Part shown: in pieces, positions 1 to 9,308 of the stretch
Layout of the letters: each line of letters opens with the position of its first letter
Numbering within the stretch: the stretch's first letter is position 1
Assembly (NCBI RefSeq): GCF_036804465.1
Contig: NZ_DAIRSK010000013.1
Span: forward strand, 24,441-56,440
Length of the DNA stretch: 32,000 nt
Reading direction: 5' to 3'
From: Limnohabitans sp.
GTDB taxonomy: Bacteria > Pseudomonadota > Gammaproteobacteria > Burkholderiales > Burkholderiaceae_C
Made by a program: the position numbers and the translations under genes
The notes under the pieces: model-generated
The model's input: the letters and a program-made list of their open reading frames with translations, nothing else
Databases searched by the model: none
What the model was told of the DNA's origin: nothing

Positions 1-269
1 ACTCCAAGTTCACTCAGTACGGCATTGTTTACACCATGGGTAACTTCGACGTCATGGCTCAAATGGCCACTGTTGACAACAAGAACGCTGCAACTGCCAC
101 AGTCACTGGCGATCGCAAGATGACTGGCTTGGGCTTGAACTACAACTTCACCAAGACAGCTCGTGCTTATGTGCGTTACGACAACCTGAAGTACGCTGAT
201 GGCGCTGCCACTGCTACCCCTGGTTCTGAAGTCAAGCGTACCGCTATCGGTATCAGCAAGTCTTTCTAA
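1..269 (+). CDS. General (OmpC/Omp32-type) porin, C-terminal fragment; 5' end lies outside the window (codons start at nt 3)
   Basis: Translation ...SKFTQYGIVYTMGNFDVMAQ...YVRYDNLKYADGAATAT...RTAIGISKSF ends in the C-terminal Phe typical of OM beta-barrels. Hand alignment to the 3' end of the minus-strand porin at 10134-10400 gives 29 mismatches in 267 nt. Confidence 0.85.
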   Translation, partial: SKFTQYGIVYTMGNFDVMAQMATVDNKNAATATVTGDRKMTGLGLNYNFTKTARAYVRYDNLKYADGAATATPGSEVKRTAIGISKSF

Positions 270-310
270 TCGCCGCGCTGGCTTAGCCAGTTAAGGATTT
301 TTAAAGTCTC

Positions 311-344
311 AAACCCCGCTGTGGCAACACAGTGGGGTTTTTTG
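311..344 (+). terminator. Rho-independent terminator of porin 1
   Basis: CCCCGCTGTG-GCAA-CACAGTGGGG stem-loop (314-337) followed by TTTTTT (338-343). Confidence 0.75.
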
Positions 345-463
345 TGGGCGGGTGTCAGGTGTTTTTTTGATGCGCGTAACTACCTACAAACCATGCCCGT
401 GCTTGGTCCTTGGGGCCACTAAACTTTAGTCATATTTTTTGACAGCCAAAGATGGAGATATGT

Positions 464-1423
464 ATGCGTCGTGATGCTTTTTTGAAGACTTGTGCGGCCT
501 TGTTGGCTTCGGGTGCCTTGCCCATGAGCGCCCAAGCGTCGGCTAATTTGAAGATGATGATTCCCGCCAACCCCGGCGGCGGCTGGGATGCCACAGGCCG
601 CGCGTTGGGCAAGGCTTTGCAAGATGCAGGGGCTGCCAGCACGGTGACGTTTGAAAACAAGGGCGGTGCCGCAGGCGTGATTGGCTTGTCGCAGTTTGTC
701 AACTCGGCCAAAGGCGACGGCAATGCCTTGATGATCATGGGTGCCGTGATGGTAGGCGGCATCATCACTGGCAAATCGCCCGTGAGCTTAGACAAGGTCA
801 CGCCCTTGGCGCGTTTGACCACCGAGTACAACGTGTTTGTGTTGCCCGCCAACTCGCCGTTCAAGAGCATGAAAGACGTGATCGAGCAGCTCAAAAAAGA
901 CCCTGGCAGTGTCAAGTGGGGCGGTGGTTCACGCGGCTCCACCGAACACATTGCGGCCGCCATGTTGGCGCGCGAAGCAGGTGTGGATGCGTCCAAAATT
1001 AACTACGTGGCATTCCGTGGCGGCGGTGAGGCAGTGGCCGCTATTTTGGGCGGCAACGTGACCGTGGGCGGCAGTGGCTACAGCGAGTTTCAGCAATACA
1101 TTGAAGCGGGCAAGATGACGCCGATCGCGGTGACCTCAGCTGCTCGCCTCAAGGGCTTGAACATCCCCACGCTCAAAGAGCAAGGCTTTAATGTCGAGAT
1201 CGGCAACTGGCGCGGCGTCTATGGGGCACCAGACATCACACCCGCCCAGCGCAAAGCGTTGATTGAGTTGGTGGTCAAGGCGTCTCGCTCCAAATCATGG
1301 GCCGAGTCGTTGGCCAAAAACGGCTGGACCTCGGCGGTGATGACGGGTGATGAGTTTGGCGATTTTGTGGACCGCGAGTTTGCCAGTCTGCGCGCCACCA
1401 TGGTCAAAGCCGGAATGATCTAA
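464..1423 (+). CDS. tctC: Tripartite tricarboxylate transporter substrate-binding protein (Bug/TctC family)
   Basis: Long ORF 452-1423. The ATG at 464 is preceded by GGAGA and gives MRRDAFLK (twin-arginine RRxFLK-like signal) with an AQA cleavage site. It is followed directly by TctB- and TctA-like genes. Confidence 0.85.
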   Translation: MRRDAFLKTCAALLASGALPMSAQASANLKMMIPANPGGGWDATGRALGKALQDAGAASTVTFENKGGAAGVIGLSQFVNSAKGDGNALMIMGAVMVGGIITGKSPVSLDKVTPLARLTTEYNVFVLPANSPFKSMKDVIEQLKKDPGSVKWGGGSRGSTEHIAAAMLAREAGVDASKINYVAFRGGGEAVAAILGGNVTVGGSGYSEFQQYIEAGKMTPIAVTSAARLKGLNIPTLKEQGFNVEIGNWRGVYGAPDITPAQRKALIELVVKASRSKSWAESLAKNGWTSAVMTGDEFGDFVDREFASLRATMVKAGMI

Positions 1424-1428
1424 ACACC

Positions 1429-1935
1429 ATGTCTCACCCGGTTGTTTCTCGCCCCCAAGTGTGGATGGGCGTTGGCTGTGTGCTGCTGGCTCTGTGGATG
1501 ATGTGGGGCGCACAGTTCATTTCTTCTGAGGCGGGCTACGGCGGTGTGGGCCCCAACTTTTTGCCTTGGGTCGTGGCCGTGGGTTTGCTGGTGTGTGGTG
1601 GTTTGCTGTTGTGGCAAGCGTTTCATGGTGGCTACCAACACATGCCCGAGCCACCCGAGGCGCCTGCTGACTGGCACGCCACGGCGTGGGTGTCTGCGGG
1701 TGTGCTGGCCAATGCTTTGTTGCTGACCACACTGGGCTTTACGTTGAGCTGTGCGCTGTGTTTTGTGCTGGCCGTGCGCGGTCTGCGCTTATCCGAAGGC
1801 AAGCCTGCAGGCGGCCTGCGTCAAACCTTGACCGACGTGGCAACAGGCCTTCTGATTGCCGCCCCCGTTTACTGGCTGTTTAGCAAGCTTTTATCAATCA
1901 ATCTTCCCGGCCTGACCCAAACGGGCTGGCTCTAA
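1429..1935 (+). CDS. tctB: Tripartite tricarboxylate transporter small membrane subunit TctB
   Basis: 168-aa very hydrophobic ORF starting 5 nt after the tctC stop, in the canonical position between tctC and tctA. Confidence 0.75.
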   Translation: MSHPVVSRPQVWMGVGCVLLALWMMWGAQFISSEAGYGGVGPNFLPWVVAVGLLVCGGLLLWQAFHGGYQHMPEPPEAPADWHATAWVSAGVLANALLLTTLGFTLSCALCFVLAVRGLRLSEGKPAGGLRQTLTDVATGLLIAAPVYWLFSKLLSINLPGLTQTGWL

Positions 1936-1955
1936 CTTTTCGTTAGCACCGCATC

Positions 1956-3461
1956 ATGATGGACACCTGGGCTCAACTAATGGGCGGCTTTGCCACTGCC
2001 GCCACGCCGATGAATTTGCTCTGGGCCTTTGTGGGTTGCGCCTTGGGCACGGCCATTGGCGTGCTGCCTGGCTTGGGCCCTGCGGTCACGGTGGCCATGT
2101 TGCTGCCCATCACCTCGCAAGTCGAGCCCACGGCTTCGATGATCTTTTTTGCGGGCATTTATTACGGCGCCATGTATGGCGGCTCCACCACCTCCATCTT
2201 GCTCAACACCCCAGGCGAAACGGGCACCATGGTCACGGCGCTGGAAGGCTTCAAGATGGCCAAGAATGGCCGCGCGGGTGCCGCCTTGGCCACTGCAGCC
2301 ATTGGCTCGTTTGTGGCGGGCACGATTGCCACCGTGTTGGTGACCTTGTTTGCGCCCATGGTGGCCGAGTTTGCCGTCAAGCTGGGGCCGCCTGAATATT
2401 TCTGCATGATGTTGCTGGCCTTCATCACCGTGAGTGCGGTGTTGGGCCAAAGCACGTTGCGCGGCATCACGGCCTTGCTGTTGGGGTTGGCTGCGGGTTT
2501 GATTGGCATGGACCAAATTTCTGGTCAATTGCGCTACACAGGCGGCATTCCAGAGCTGATGGACGGCATTGAAGTGGTGCTGATTGCGGTGGGCTTGTTT
2601 GCGGTGGGCGAGGTGATTTACAACGCCATGTACGAGGGGCGCAGCCAAGTGGAGATCAACCACCTCAACAGCGTGCACATGACGCGCGAAGAGTGGAAGC
2701 GCTCTTGGCCCGCGTGGTTGCGCGGCACATTCATGGGGTTTCCGTTTGGCACCATTCCCGCGGGCGGGTCAGAAATCCCCACATTCTTGAGCTATGCGAC
2801 AGAAAAAAAACTGTCATCACACCCCGAAGAGTTTGGCACGGTGGGCGCCATTGAAGGCGTGGCAGGCCCCGAGGCCGCCAACAACTCTGCGGTCACGGCT
2901 ACCTTGGTGCCCTTGTTGACCTTGGGCATCCCCACTTCGGTGACAGCGGCCATTTTGCTGTCGGCTTTGCAAAACTACGGCATCCAAGCGGGACCGCAGT
3001 TGTTCCAAAATTCGTCAGATCTGGTGTGGGCCCTGATCGCCTCGCTCTACATTGGCAACATCATGCTGTTGGTGCTCAATTTGCCGTTGGTGGGCTTGTG
3101 GGTCAAGCTGCTCAAAATACCCAAGCCCCAGCTGTATGCAGGTATTTTGATTTTTGCCACCGTGGGTGTGTACGGCATGCGCCAAAGCAGCTTTGACTTG
3201 CTGCTGATGTACGGCATCGGTTTGTTGGGCGTGATGATGCGCCGCTACGACTTCCCCGTCGCCCCTGTGATCGTGGGCATGATTTTGGGCCCCTTGGCCG
3301 AGGCGCAAATGCGCAATGCGTTGTCGATTGGCGAGGGCCACTGGACCATCTTCATGGACCGCCCCATGTCAGCGGTGTTGCTGGCGGTGGCGGTGGCGTG
3401 TTTGGTGGTGCCGCGTTTGTGGGCGTTCTTTAGTAAACAGCCCAAGCAGCAGAAGGTTTGA
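1956..3461 (+). CDS. tctA: Tripartite tricarboxylate transporter large permease TctA
   Basis: 501-aa polytopic Gly/Ala/Leu-rich membrane protein. Size and operon context fit TctA. Confidence 0.85.
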   Translation: MMDTWAQLMGGFATAATPMNLLWAFVGCALGTAIGVLPGLGPAVTVAMLLPITSQVEPTASMIFFAGIYYGAMYGGSTTSILLNTPGETGTMVTALEGFKMAKNGRAGAALATAAIGSFVAGTIATVLVTLFAPMVAEFAVKLGPPEYFCMMLLAFITVSAVLGQSTLRGITALLLGLAAGLIGMDQISGQLRYTGGIPELMDGIEVVLIAVGLFAVGEVIYNAMYEGRSQVEINHLNSVHMTREEWKRSWPAWLRGTFMGFPFGTIPAGGSEIPTFLSYATEKKLSSHPEEFGTVGAIEGVAGPEAANNSAVTATLVPLLTLGIPTSVTAAILLSALQNYGIQAGPQLFQNSSDLVWALIASLYIGNIMLLVLNLPLVGLWVKLLKIPKPQLYAGILIFATVGVYGMRQSSFDLLLMYGIGLLGVMMRRYDFPVAPVIVGMILGPLAEAQMRNALSIGEGHWTIFMDRPMSAVLLAVAVACLVVPRLWAFFSKQPKQQKV

Positions 3462-3472
3462 GTTTCAACCTG

Positions 3473-3823
3473 TCATCCAACACCTAGTCCGACAGCAGGC
3501 GCGTTGCGGCTGACTGCGATTTTTCTTACAACCGCCCGTTTGATACGCGGCTTTGAAATGCTGACTTCAGGATCCATGCCAGCTGTTGAAGCCATGTCCA
3601 TGAGCATGTCCAACGAAAAAAGATGGATCTTCCCGCGGGTCAGGTCAGAGATGCGTGGTTGCGTGACTCCAAATAGATCAGCTGCGTCTTTTTGACGCAA
3701 CTTGCGACTGTGGATGATCTCACTTAATTCCATCATGAGTTTTGAGCGAGCCTTCATACTTGCTGTTTCTTGCGGCGTGTCAGTGATGGCATCCCAGACG
3801 CTTGTGTAGTGCGTATTTTTCAT
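3473..3823 (-). CDS. higA: XRE-family HTH antitoxin (HigA-like)
   Basis: HTH segment LRQKDAADLFGVTQPRISDLTRGK. The ATG at 3823 overlaps the stop of the upstream toxin remnant (ATGA). The longer ORF start at 3850 is unlikely. Confidence 0.75.
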   Translation of the reverse strand: MKNTHYTSVWDAITDTPQETASMKARSKLMMELSEIIHSRKLRQKDAADLFGVTQPRISDLTRGKIHLFSLDMLMDMASTAGMDPEVSISKPRIKRAVVRKIAVSRNAPAVGLGVG

Positions 3824-4002
3824 AACTTCAGTCCTTGTCGTAGCTCCCAAACGCCTTTACCTATGGTGGGCATTGGTTTGAAGTCATCTGGCATGAGCCC
3901 ATGTTGTACTTTGTCGAGTTGATAGCCTGCTTCATTTCTAGCTGAAGGTGCAAACTCCCTCAAGTCATCCAGTGAGCTGCCTTGAAAGGCAATTTTTTTC
4001 AT
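3820..4002 (-). pseudogene. higB: Truncated RelE/HigB (Gp49-like) toxin, N-terminal ~55 residues only
   Basis: MKKIAFQGSSLDDLREFAPSARNEAGYQLDKVQHGLMPDDFKPMPTIGKGVWELR resembles the N-terminal half of HigB-type toxins as I recall them. The ORF stops after 60 aa, so the C-terminal half is absent. Confidence 0.55.
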
Positions 4003-4034
4003 AGCGAAATTATACAAAAAATAGATAATTCGGC

Positions 4035-4745
4035 ATGTTTTATTCAAGTGTTTCAACAGATAATTTCTGCGTGAATGCATCAAACTTCTTGAACTATTTT
4101 TCCCAACGTCGTTCCACTCGCGCTTATTTGCCAACACCAGTGGCTGACGCCTTGTTGCACGAGGTGTTGGTGCAAGCCCGCTTAGCGCCCAGCGGTGCCA
4201 ATTTGCAACCCGGGGCATTTGTGCAGGTGCGCGGTGCGGTGCGTGAGGCGCTCAGCGCTGATTTGGTGGCGGCTTGGCAACACGGCCGCACCGAGCCTGA
4301 AGACTACAGCTACTTTCCCCAACCCTTGCCCCACTCGCTGCGCCGTCGCCAAGTGGCTGCGGCGCAAGCCATGTACGGCGCCTTGGGTGTGGCGCGCGAC
4401 GATCGCGCAGGCCGCGACGCGCAGTTTGCCCGTAATTTCAGATTCTTTGATGCCCCCGTGGCGCTGATCGTGACCATCGCCCACGACATGGGCAGCGGCT
4501 GCTACATGGACCTGGGCATGACCTTGTACGGCCTGATGTTGGCAGCCCAAGCCAAGGGCCTGTCGACCTGCGCCATTGGCGCCTTGGCGTCTTACCCCCA
4601 TTTGATTCGCGGCCATTTGGGCTTAGATGCCTCATCACACATTGTCTGCGGCATGGCTTTGGGCTATGCCGATCCCGAGGCCCCCGTCAACCAAACGCAA
4701 ACCACGCGTTGCGCGCTGGATGACTACTTCAAGGTAATCGGCTGA
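4035..4745 (+). CDS. Nitroreductase family protein
   Basis: 236 aa. N-terminal RRSTRAY and LAPSGANLQP motifs and the C-terminal GYAD region are typical of NAD(P)H-flavin nitroreductases. Confidence 0.8.
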   Translation: MFYSSVSTDNFCVNASNFLNYFSQRRSTRAYLPTPVADALLHEVLVQARLAPSGANLQPGAFVQVRGAVREALSADLVAAWQHGRTEPEDYSYFPQPLPHSLRRRQVAAAQAMYGALGVARDDRAGRDAQFARNFRFFDAPVALIVTIAHDMGSGCYMDLGMTLYGLMLAAQAKGLSTCAIGALASYPHLIRGHLGLDASSHIVCGMALGYADPEAPVNQTQTTRCALDDYFKVIG

Positions 4746-5901
4746 CCACAGCCGCACTTCCCACCCCACCAGCCCCTGCCACAGCCACCAACCCATGATT
4801 TTGGGTGGCAGTGCCAAGCGACAAACCAGCCAGCACACGCACCAAGGCGATGGCGCCCGATGCGCCAATGGGGTGGCCTCTGGCCAAGCCGCCTCCCTGC
4901 AAGTTGATTTGCGTGGGTGCAAGGCCCAAGCCTTTGGCAAAGCTCAAACCCTGCACCGCAAATGCGTCGTGCAATTCGACGTGTTGGATCCGCTCCACAT
5001 CGTTAATGCCTGCACTTGCCAGGGCTTGGCGCGCCGCCAACTCAGCGCACAACATGGGCCACTCTGGCGCGCCGCCCACCGACGCACTGGCCACCCATGT
5101 GGCTTTGGGCTGGCGCTTGAGGCGCGCTGCCGCTGCGTGGCTGATCAGCAGCACCAAAGCCGCGCCATCGGCCTGTGCCGAAATGGTGAGTGCACTGAGG
5201 GCAAAGGCATCGGCCTCCTGCCTTTGCAACGCGTCGGTGCGGGCCACCACGGGCATGCGCTGGGCGCGCGCAGCGTCCAACGCACGCGGGTGGGCATCAT
5301 GCGTCACACCAGCCACTGCCACGATTTCTGCCGTCATGTGGTGTTGGTGCGCCACTGCTTTGTCATGGCTGTGCAGGGCATAGGCTTCTTGCTCGGCCCT
5401 GGTGTAGCCGTGCGCTGCTGCATACCGTGCGGCAGACAGCAGCATGTCGGGGTCTTGCGCTGGCGTTGGCGCAAAGGCGGGGCGCTCATAGGCCACGGGC
5501 GAATCGTTTGCATGCAAAGGCCGATGCATGCGAAGGGGCGATGTGCTCCACGCCTCCACCCCGCCTGCCACCACCACGTGGGCTTGGCCCGACGCAATCA
5601 AGGCAGCGCCCATGGCCACGGCGTCTAAGCCCGAACAACACTGCGTGTCTAGCGTGTAAGCAGCGCAATGCAAGGGCAAGCCTGCATGCAAGGCCAGCAT
5701 GCGTGCGGGGTTGCCGCCTGCGCCAAGTGCATTGCCCAGCACCACCGCATCTACCGCTGCGCCATCCACGCCAGCTTGGGCAAGCAAGCCATGCAGCACA
5801 GGCGCGGCCAAGTCGTGCGGCTGCAAGGCTTTGAATGCGCCGCCACGCGGCACCACCGCACTGCGCGCCCAAGCGGCGATCAAAGGAGTGGGCGTAGGCA
5901 T
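4729..5901 (-). CDS. Thiolase-like acetyl-CoA C-acyltransferase family protein
   Basis: Start at MPTPTPLIAAW (ATG 5901). Nucleophile motif QCCSGLDAV and GGGLARGHPIGASG are present, but the C-terminal CxGGGxG box reads AGAGGVG. It overlaps the upstream ligase stop by 22 nt. Confidence 0.85.
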   Translation of the reverse strand: MPTPTPLIAAWARSAVVPRGGAFKALQPHDLAAPVLHGLLAQAGVDGAAVDAVVLGNALGAGGNPARMLALHAGLPLHCAAYTLDTQCCSGLDAVAMGAALIASGQAHVVVAGGVEAWSTSPLRMHRPLHANDSPVAYERPAFAPTPAQDPDMLLSAARYAAAHGYTRAEQEAYALHSHDKAVAHQHHMTAEIVAVAGVTHDAHPRALDAARAQRMPVVARTDALQRQEADAFALSALTISAQADGAALVLLISHAAAARLKRQPKATWVASASVGGAPEWPMLCAELAARQALASAGINDVERIQHVELHDAFAVQGLSFAKGLGLAPTQINLQGGGLARGHPIGASGAIALVRVLAGLSLGTATQNHGLVAVAGAGGVGSAAVVSRLP

Positions 5902-7328
5902 GAAAGGGCTTTCTCGTCGTGCAAATGCGCTTGCAGTTGTTGGGCCAAGGCGGGATGGTCGGTTTTGCCGCTGACTGTCCAAGGCCAATCGCTGCAGACA
6001 AAAAACCGCCTGGGTACTTTGTAGCTTTCTAGCTGTGCGCGGCACAGGTCTGACAAAGCGTGTGCAGACACCTCAGCGCCTTCATGGGCGGCGCACACAA
6101 TGGCCACCACCTGTTGCCCCCGAAGGGCGTCGGGTACGCCCAACACCGAGGCTTGTGCCACCTCAGTGCAAGACAACAACACAGACTCCACCTCTTCTGG
6201 AAACAAGTTTTTACCTTGGGTGACCACCATGCGGTTTTCACGCCCCACCAAGCACAAATAGCCTTGTGCATCCAAGTAGCCCATGTCTCGCACCGACAGC
6301 CAATCGCCATCGCGCACGGCGGCGGTGTGGTCGCTGGCTGCGCCCACGTAGTCGGTGAACAGCATGGGGCTGCGCACAAAAATTTGTCCTGTGCCCAAAG
6401 GCGGCTGCGGCTGGCGAATGTCGATGTCGACATTGGAGAAAGGTTTGCCCACGGCGTGCGCTGGGGCAGAGGCGTCGGCATCCATCCACGCCATGAAACT
6501 GGTTTCGGAGGCGCCATAAAACTCAACCACGCGGGCGTTTGGAAACAAGGCTTGCAACGCGGGTGTGCGCTCGCGCATCCAGCGTGCGCCGCTGATCAAA
6601 ATCAACCGCACGCCGTTGATGGGGGCGAGTTGGCGACGCGCTGCCATCTCGAGCACCAGCAGCAATTGGCTGGGCACGGCCACCACACACGGGGTGCGGC
6701 CTGCGCGCAAGGTGTCCATCATGCGCGGCACAGAAAACCGCTCTTGCACCACCACACCCGCGCCACTCCAAAGCCCCAGCACCATGCCAAACAAAAACAG
6801 CGAATGCGACAAGCGGCCAGGCGCCATCACACAACTGGCTGCATCAGGGCCAAAGGTGTCTAGGCACACACGCAGGCTCTCGGTCCACGAGGCATGGTGG
6901 CGGCGAAAGCCCTTGGGCAGGCCCGTGCTGCCCGAGGTAAAGCCAATGTAGAACGGGCTCGTGGGTGTGGGCGCTTGCGTGATGCTGGGTGCGGTCAAGG
7001 CGGTGCCGAGTGCGCGCTGCACGCTGTCACGCACGGTGCTGGGCCAATCGGGGTCGCTCACCGCGGCGCATCGACCCGAGTGGATGATGCCCATGAACGC
7101 CACCATTTGTTGAATGATGCTGAGCTGGTCGTCCACAAACACCGTGGCAGGTGCGTCTTGGCGGGTCAGAGCGTCTGCATGCTGCAACACGCCCGCGTGC
7201 AGCTGGGCAAAGCTCAGCTGGGTGTCACCATCCTCCATGGCCAGCGCTTGCGCACGGGTCTGGGCCCAGTGCGCGAGCGGTGCATGCACCCAGGTGTTAG
7301 CCACCCAAGCGCCAGTCAGGCAAGCCAC
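5880..7328 (-). CDS. AMP-dependent synthetase/ligase (acyl-CoA synthetase family)
   Basis: AMP-binding motif FTSGSTGLPKGF, GASETS, and the C-terminal SGKTD lysine motif. The start at 7328 overlaps the bioY end; an alternative downstream start at 7238 is possible. Confidence 0.85.
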   Translation of the reverse strand: MACLTGAWVANTWVHAPLAHWAQTRAQALAMEDGDTQLSFAQLHAGVLQHADALTRQDAPATVFVDDQLSIIQQMVAFMGIIHSGRCAAVSDPDWPSTVRDSVQRALGTALTAPSITQAPTPTSPFYIGFTSGSTGLPKGFRRHHASWTESLRVCLDTFGPDAASCVMAPGRLSHSLFLFGMVLGLWSGAGVVVQERFSVPRMMDTLRAGRTPCVVAVPSQLLLVLEMAARRQLAPINGVRLILISGARWMRERTPALQALFPNARVVEFYGASETSFMAWMDADASAPAHAVGKPFSNVDIDIRQPQPPLGTGQIFVRSPMLFTDYVGAASDHTAAVRDGDWLSVRDMGYLDAQGYLCLVGRENRMVVTQGKNLFPEEVESVLLSCTEVAQASVLGVPDALRGQQVVAIVCAAHEGAEVSAHALSDLCRAQLESYKVPRRFFVCSDWPWTVSGKTDHPALAQQLQAHLHDEKALSCLRPLL

Positions 7329-7857
7329 GGGCCACCGTGTGAACCACGGTGGCGCACAAGACGCACTTGATCAAGTCGCCCGGCACAAACACCAAGGTGC
7401 CCATGACGGCTTGTTCCCACGACAGGTTGGCCATATGGACCAAACCCACCACGCCAAACACATGCACCACCAACAAACCGCCCACAGCAGACGCGATGAA
7501 CGCGCTGATGGCCGCACCACGAGGTGTGGCGCGAGGCAACAAATGCATGACCATGCCCGTGACCAAGGCCCCCACAGGCCAGCCGATGAGGTAGCCACTG
7601 GCTGGCGAAAAGAACACACCCACCCCGCCGCGACCACCCGAGAGCAAAGGCAGGCCAATGGCCACAGCAGCCAAAAACAGCAACAAGGCTTGCAGCGCAC
7701 GCTTGGGGCCCAACAAGCAGCCTGCCAACATGACGCCCAAGGTTTGCAAGGTGATGGGCACGCCCAAGGGCAAGTCAATTTTGGGGATCAAACCAAACAC
7801 AGCAATGAGGGCTGCAAACAAAGCAACCAAAGCCATCGAGAAAGAAGAAGTGTTCAT
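7297..7857 (-). CDS. bioY: Biotin ECF transporter S component BioY
   Basis: 186-aa membrane protein with PITLQTLGVMLAG...GPKRA...LSGGRGG...SGYLIGW, as in BioY. It lies downstream of the EcfA/EcfT genes. Confidence 0.85.
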   Translation of the reverse strand: MNTSSFSMALVALFAALIAVFGLIPKIDLPLGVPITLQTLGVMLAGCLLGPKRALQALLLFLAAVAIGLPLLSGGRGGVGVFFSPASGYLIGWPVGALVTGMVMHLLPRATPRGAAISAFIASAVGGLLVVHVFGVVGLVHMANLSWEQAVMGTLVFVPGDLIKCVLCATVVHTVARGLPDWRLGG

Positions 7858-7878
7858 GCGAAAAAAATAAAAGCCATT

Positions 7879-8472
7879 TCAGCGGCGATAGCGCACATGC
7901 AATGTGTCGGCCACGCGGCGCGCAGCAATGAGCATGTGAAGGGTCAGAGGAGCCAATATTTTAAAACCACCCGCCTTGCCTGTGCGCAGGCGATGCGCAT
8001 CGTCCAAGCGACGCCACACCACAAAGAAGTGTTCGGTGAAGCGCAGCATCAGGGCTACATGCATGGACAAGCGTTCGGGCTGAACGCCTACCAAGCGCAA
8101 TGGCGCGAGCAGCCACTCCAACACACCCAGCAAGTCGGTGTAGCGCGTGGTGAGGGTAAGCGCCACCCCCATCAATGCGGTGCACAACAAGCGCAGCACG
8201 CTGACCGCACCCACCATGGGTTGTTGCATGTAGAGGTGAAACAGCCCTATCAACACACTGGCCCATGCCAAGCCCACCAGCAGGGGTTTGGCGCGCAGTG
8301 TGGCTCGGCCCAGTGAAGCAAACATCAGCACGCAGCAAGCGGTGCTGGCCAGCAGCACAGAGAGCGCATGGGTGACAAACACACCCGTGCCCAGCAACGC
8401 CAAAAACGCCAGCTTGACGCCAGCGGGCACGCCGTGCAGCCAAGTGGGATGGTCGCTGTACAGGCTGCCCAT
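7879..8472 (-). CDS. bioN: ECF transporter transmembrane T component (BioN/CbiQ family)
   Basis: 197-aa hydrophobic protein between the ATPase and bioY. The genes are separated by 3 nt. Confidence 0.75.
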   Translation of the reverse strand: MGSLYSDHPTWLHGVPAGVKLAFLALLGTGVFVTHALSVLLASTACCVLMFASLGRATLRAKPLLVGLAWASVLIGLFHLYMQQPMVGAVSVLRLLCTALMGVALTLTTRYTDLLGVLEWLLAPLRLVGVQPERLSMHVALMLRFTEHFFVVWRRLDDAHRLRTGKAGGFKILAPLTLHMLIAARRVADTLHVRYRR

Positions 8473-8475
8473 GGC

Positions 8476-9213
8476 TCAGGTCTTGTTGATGGCGTGTGCC
8501 GCGCGTGTGGCCACATCTGCCTCGTACTGGGCGCACACCTGCGCGCCTGGGCCATCGGCGCGCACGTGGCCGCGGTCTAGCCAAATGACACGTTCAAAGT
8601 GGCGCACATGGTCGAGCACATGGGTGGAAACAATGATTTGTTGCGGCGCTGCTGCCATTTCTTGGCGCAGCAAGGCCTGCCCAGGTAGGTCCAGGCTAGC
8701 AAACGGCTCATCCAGCAACAGGGTGTGATGGGCGCCAATCAGCAAGGCCAGCCAACACACATGCTGGCGCTGCCCTTGGCTGAGGCTGCCAATGGCTCGC
8801 GGCGCCCAGTCGGCCAAACCGCGTGTGGCCAACCAGGTGCGCACATGGGTTTGCGCCTCGGCGCGCGACAAACGCAGGTGGCGCAGACTCAAGGCGAGCT
8901 CTTCTTCGACGGTGGGGAAAATGATTTGCTCGTCCGAGTTTTGAAACATCATGCCCACCCAAGGCGCAGCATCCTCAGACGCAGCCGGGGGCAGATAGAC
9001 ATGCCCAGATTGCGGCTGGTCGAGCCCGCAAATCAAACGAAACAAACTGCTTTTGCCCGCACCGTTGTCGCCAATCAAACCGATGCGGTGCTCTGCGAAT
9101 TGCAAGCTCAATGACTCAAACACCCAGGTGTTGCCGCGTTGCAAGTTGACTGCTTCGAGCGCAATGTGCGCAACCAAGCCAGGCGTGAGCGGTGTCGTGA
9201 AAAGAGTGGGCAT
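8476..9213 (-). CDS. bioM: ECF transporter ATPase (BioM/CbiO family ABC ATPase)
   Basis: Walker A GDNGAGKSS, signature LSQGQRQ, Walker B LLLDEP. The ATG at 9213 is preferred over the GTG at 9219. A TATAAT (minus strand, 9237-9242) lies upstream. Confidence 0.85.
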   Translation of the reverse strand: MPTLFTTPLTPGLVAHIALEAVNLQRGNTWVFESLSLQFAEHRIGLIGDNGAGKSSLFRLICGLDQPQSGHVYLPPAASEDAAPWVGMMFQNSDEQIIFPTVEEELALSLRHLRLSRAEAQTHVRTWLATRGLADWAPRAIGSLSQGQRQHVCWLALLIGAHHTLLLDEPFASLDLPGQALLRQEMAAAPQQIIVSTHVLDHVRHFERVIWLDRGHVRADGPGAQVCAQYEADVATRAAHAINKT

Positions 9214-9260
9214 GCGCACAAACGAGATAAATCCCGATTATAAGCGTAGCCAACCCATGC

Positions 9261-9293
9261 AAAAACCCCCACCACGCTCAAGCGCGATGGGGG
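9261..9293 (-). terminator. Rho-independent terminator of ompW
   Basis: On the minus strand, a CCCCCATCGCGC-TTGA-GCGTGGTGGGGG hairpin (with G-U pairs) is followed by TTTTT. Confidence 0.6.
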
Positions 9294-9308
9294 TTCAGCG
9301 ATATGCCA

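Noticed and set aside
3820-4218. Full 132-aa ORF as the toxin gene
   Set aside because: The N-terminal 72 codons overlap the nitroreductase start and its promoter region and have no toxin similarity. The HigB-like sequence begins at the ATG at 4002.
430-6863. Several 150-280-aa ORFs antisense to tctC, tctA, the thiolase and the ligase (430-996 -, 1977-2678 -, 4795-5628 +, 6060-6863 +), and similarly 27115-27882 - opposite the J-domain gene
   Set aside because: All overlap better-supported genes on the other strand and show the biased composition of GC-rich antisense frames. None has an RBS or a recognisable motif.
7114-8316. 400-aa ORF on the plus strand
   Set aside because: It lies antisense to bioY and bioN, which have clear family features. 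Its translation is a His/Gln/Ala/Arg-rich low-complexity string typical of shadow ORFs in high-GC DNA.
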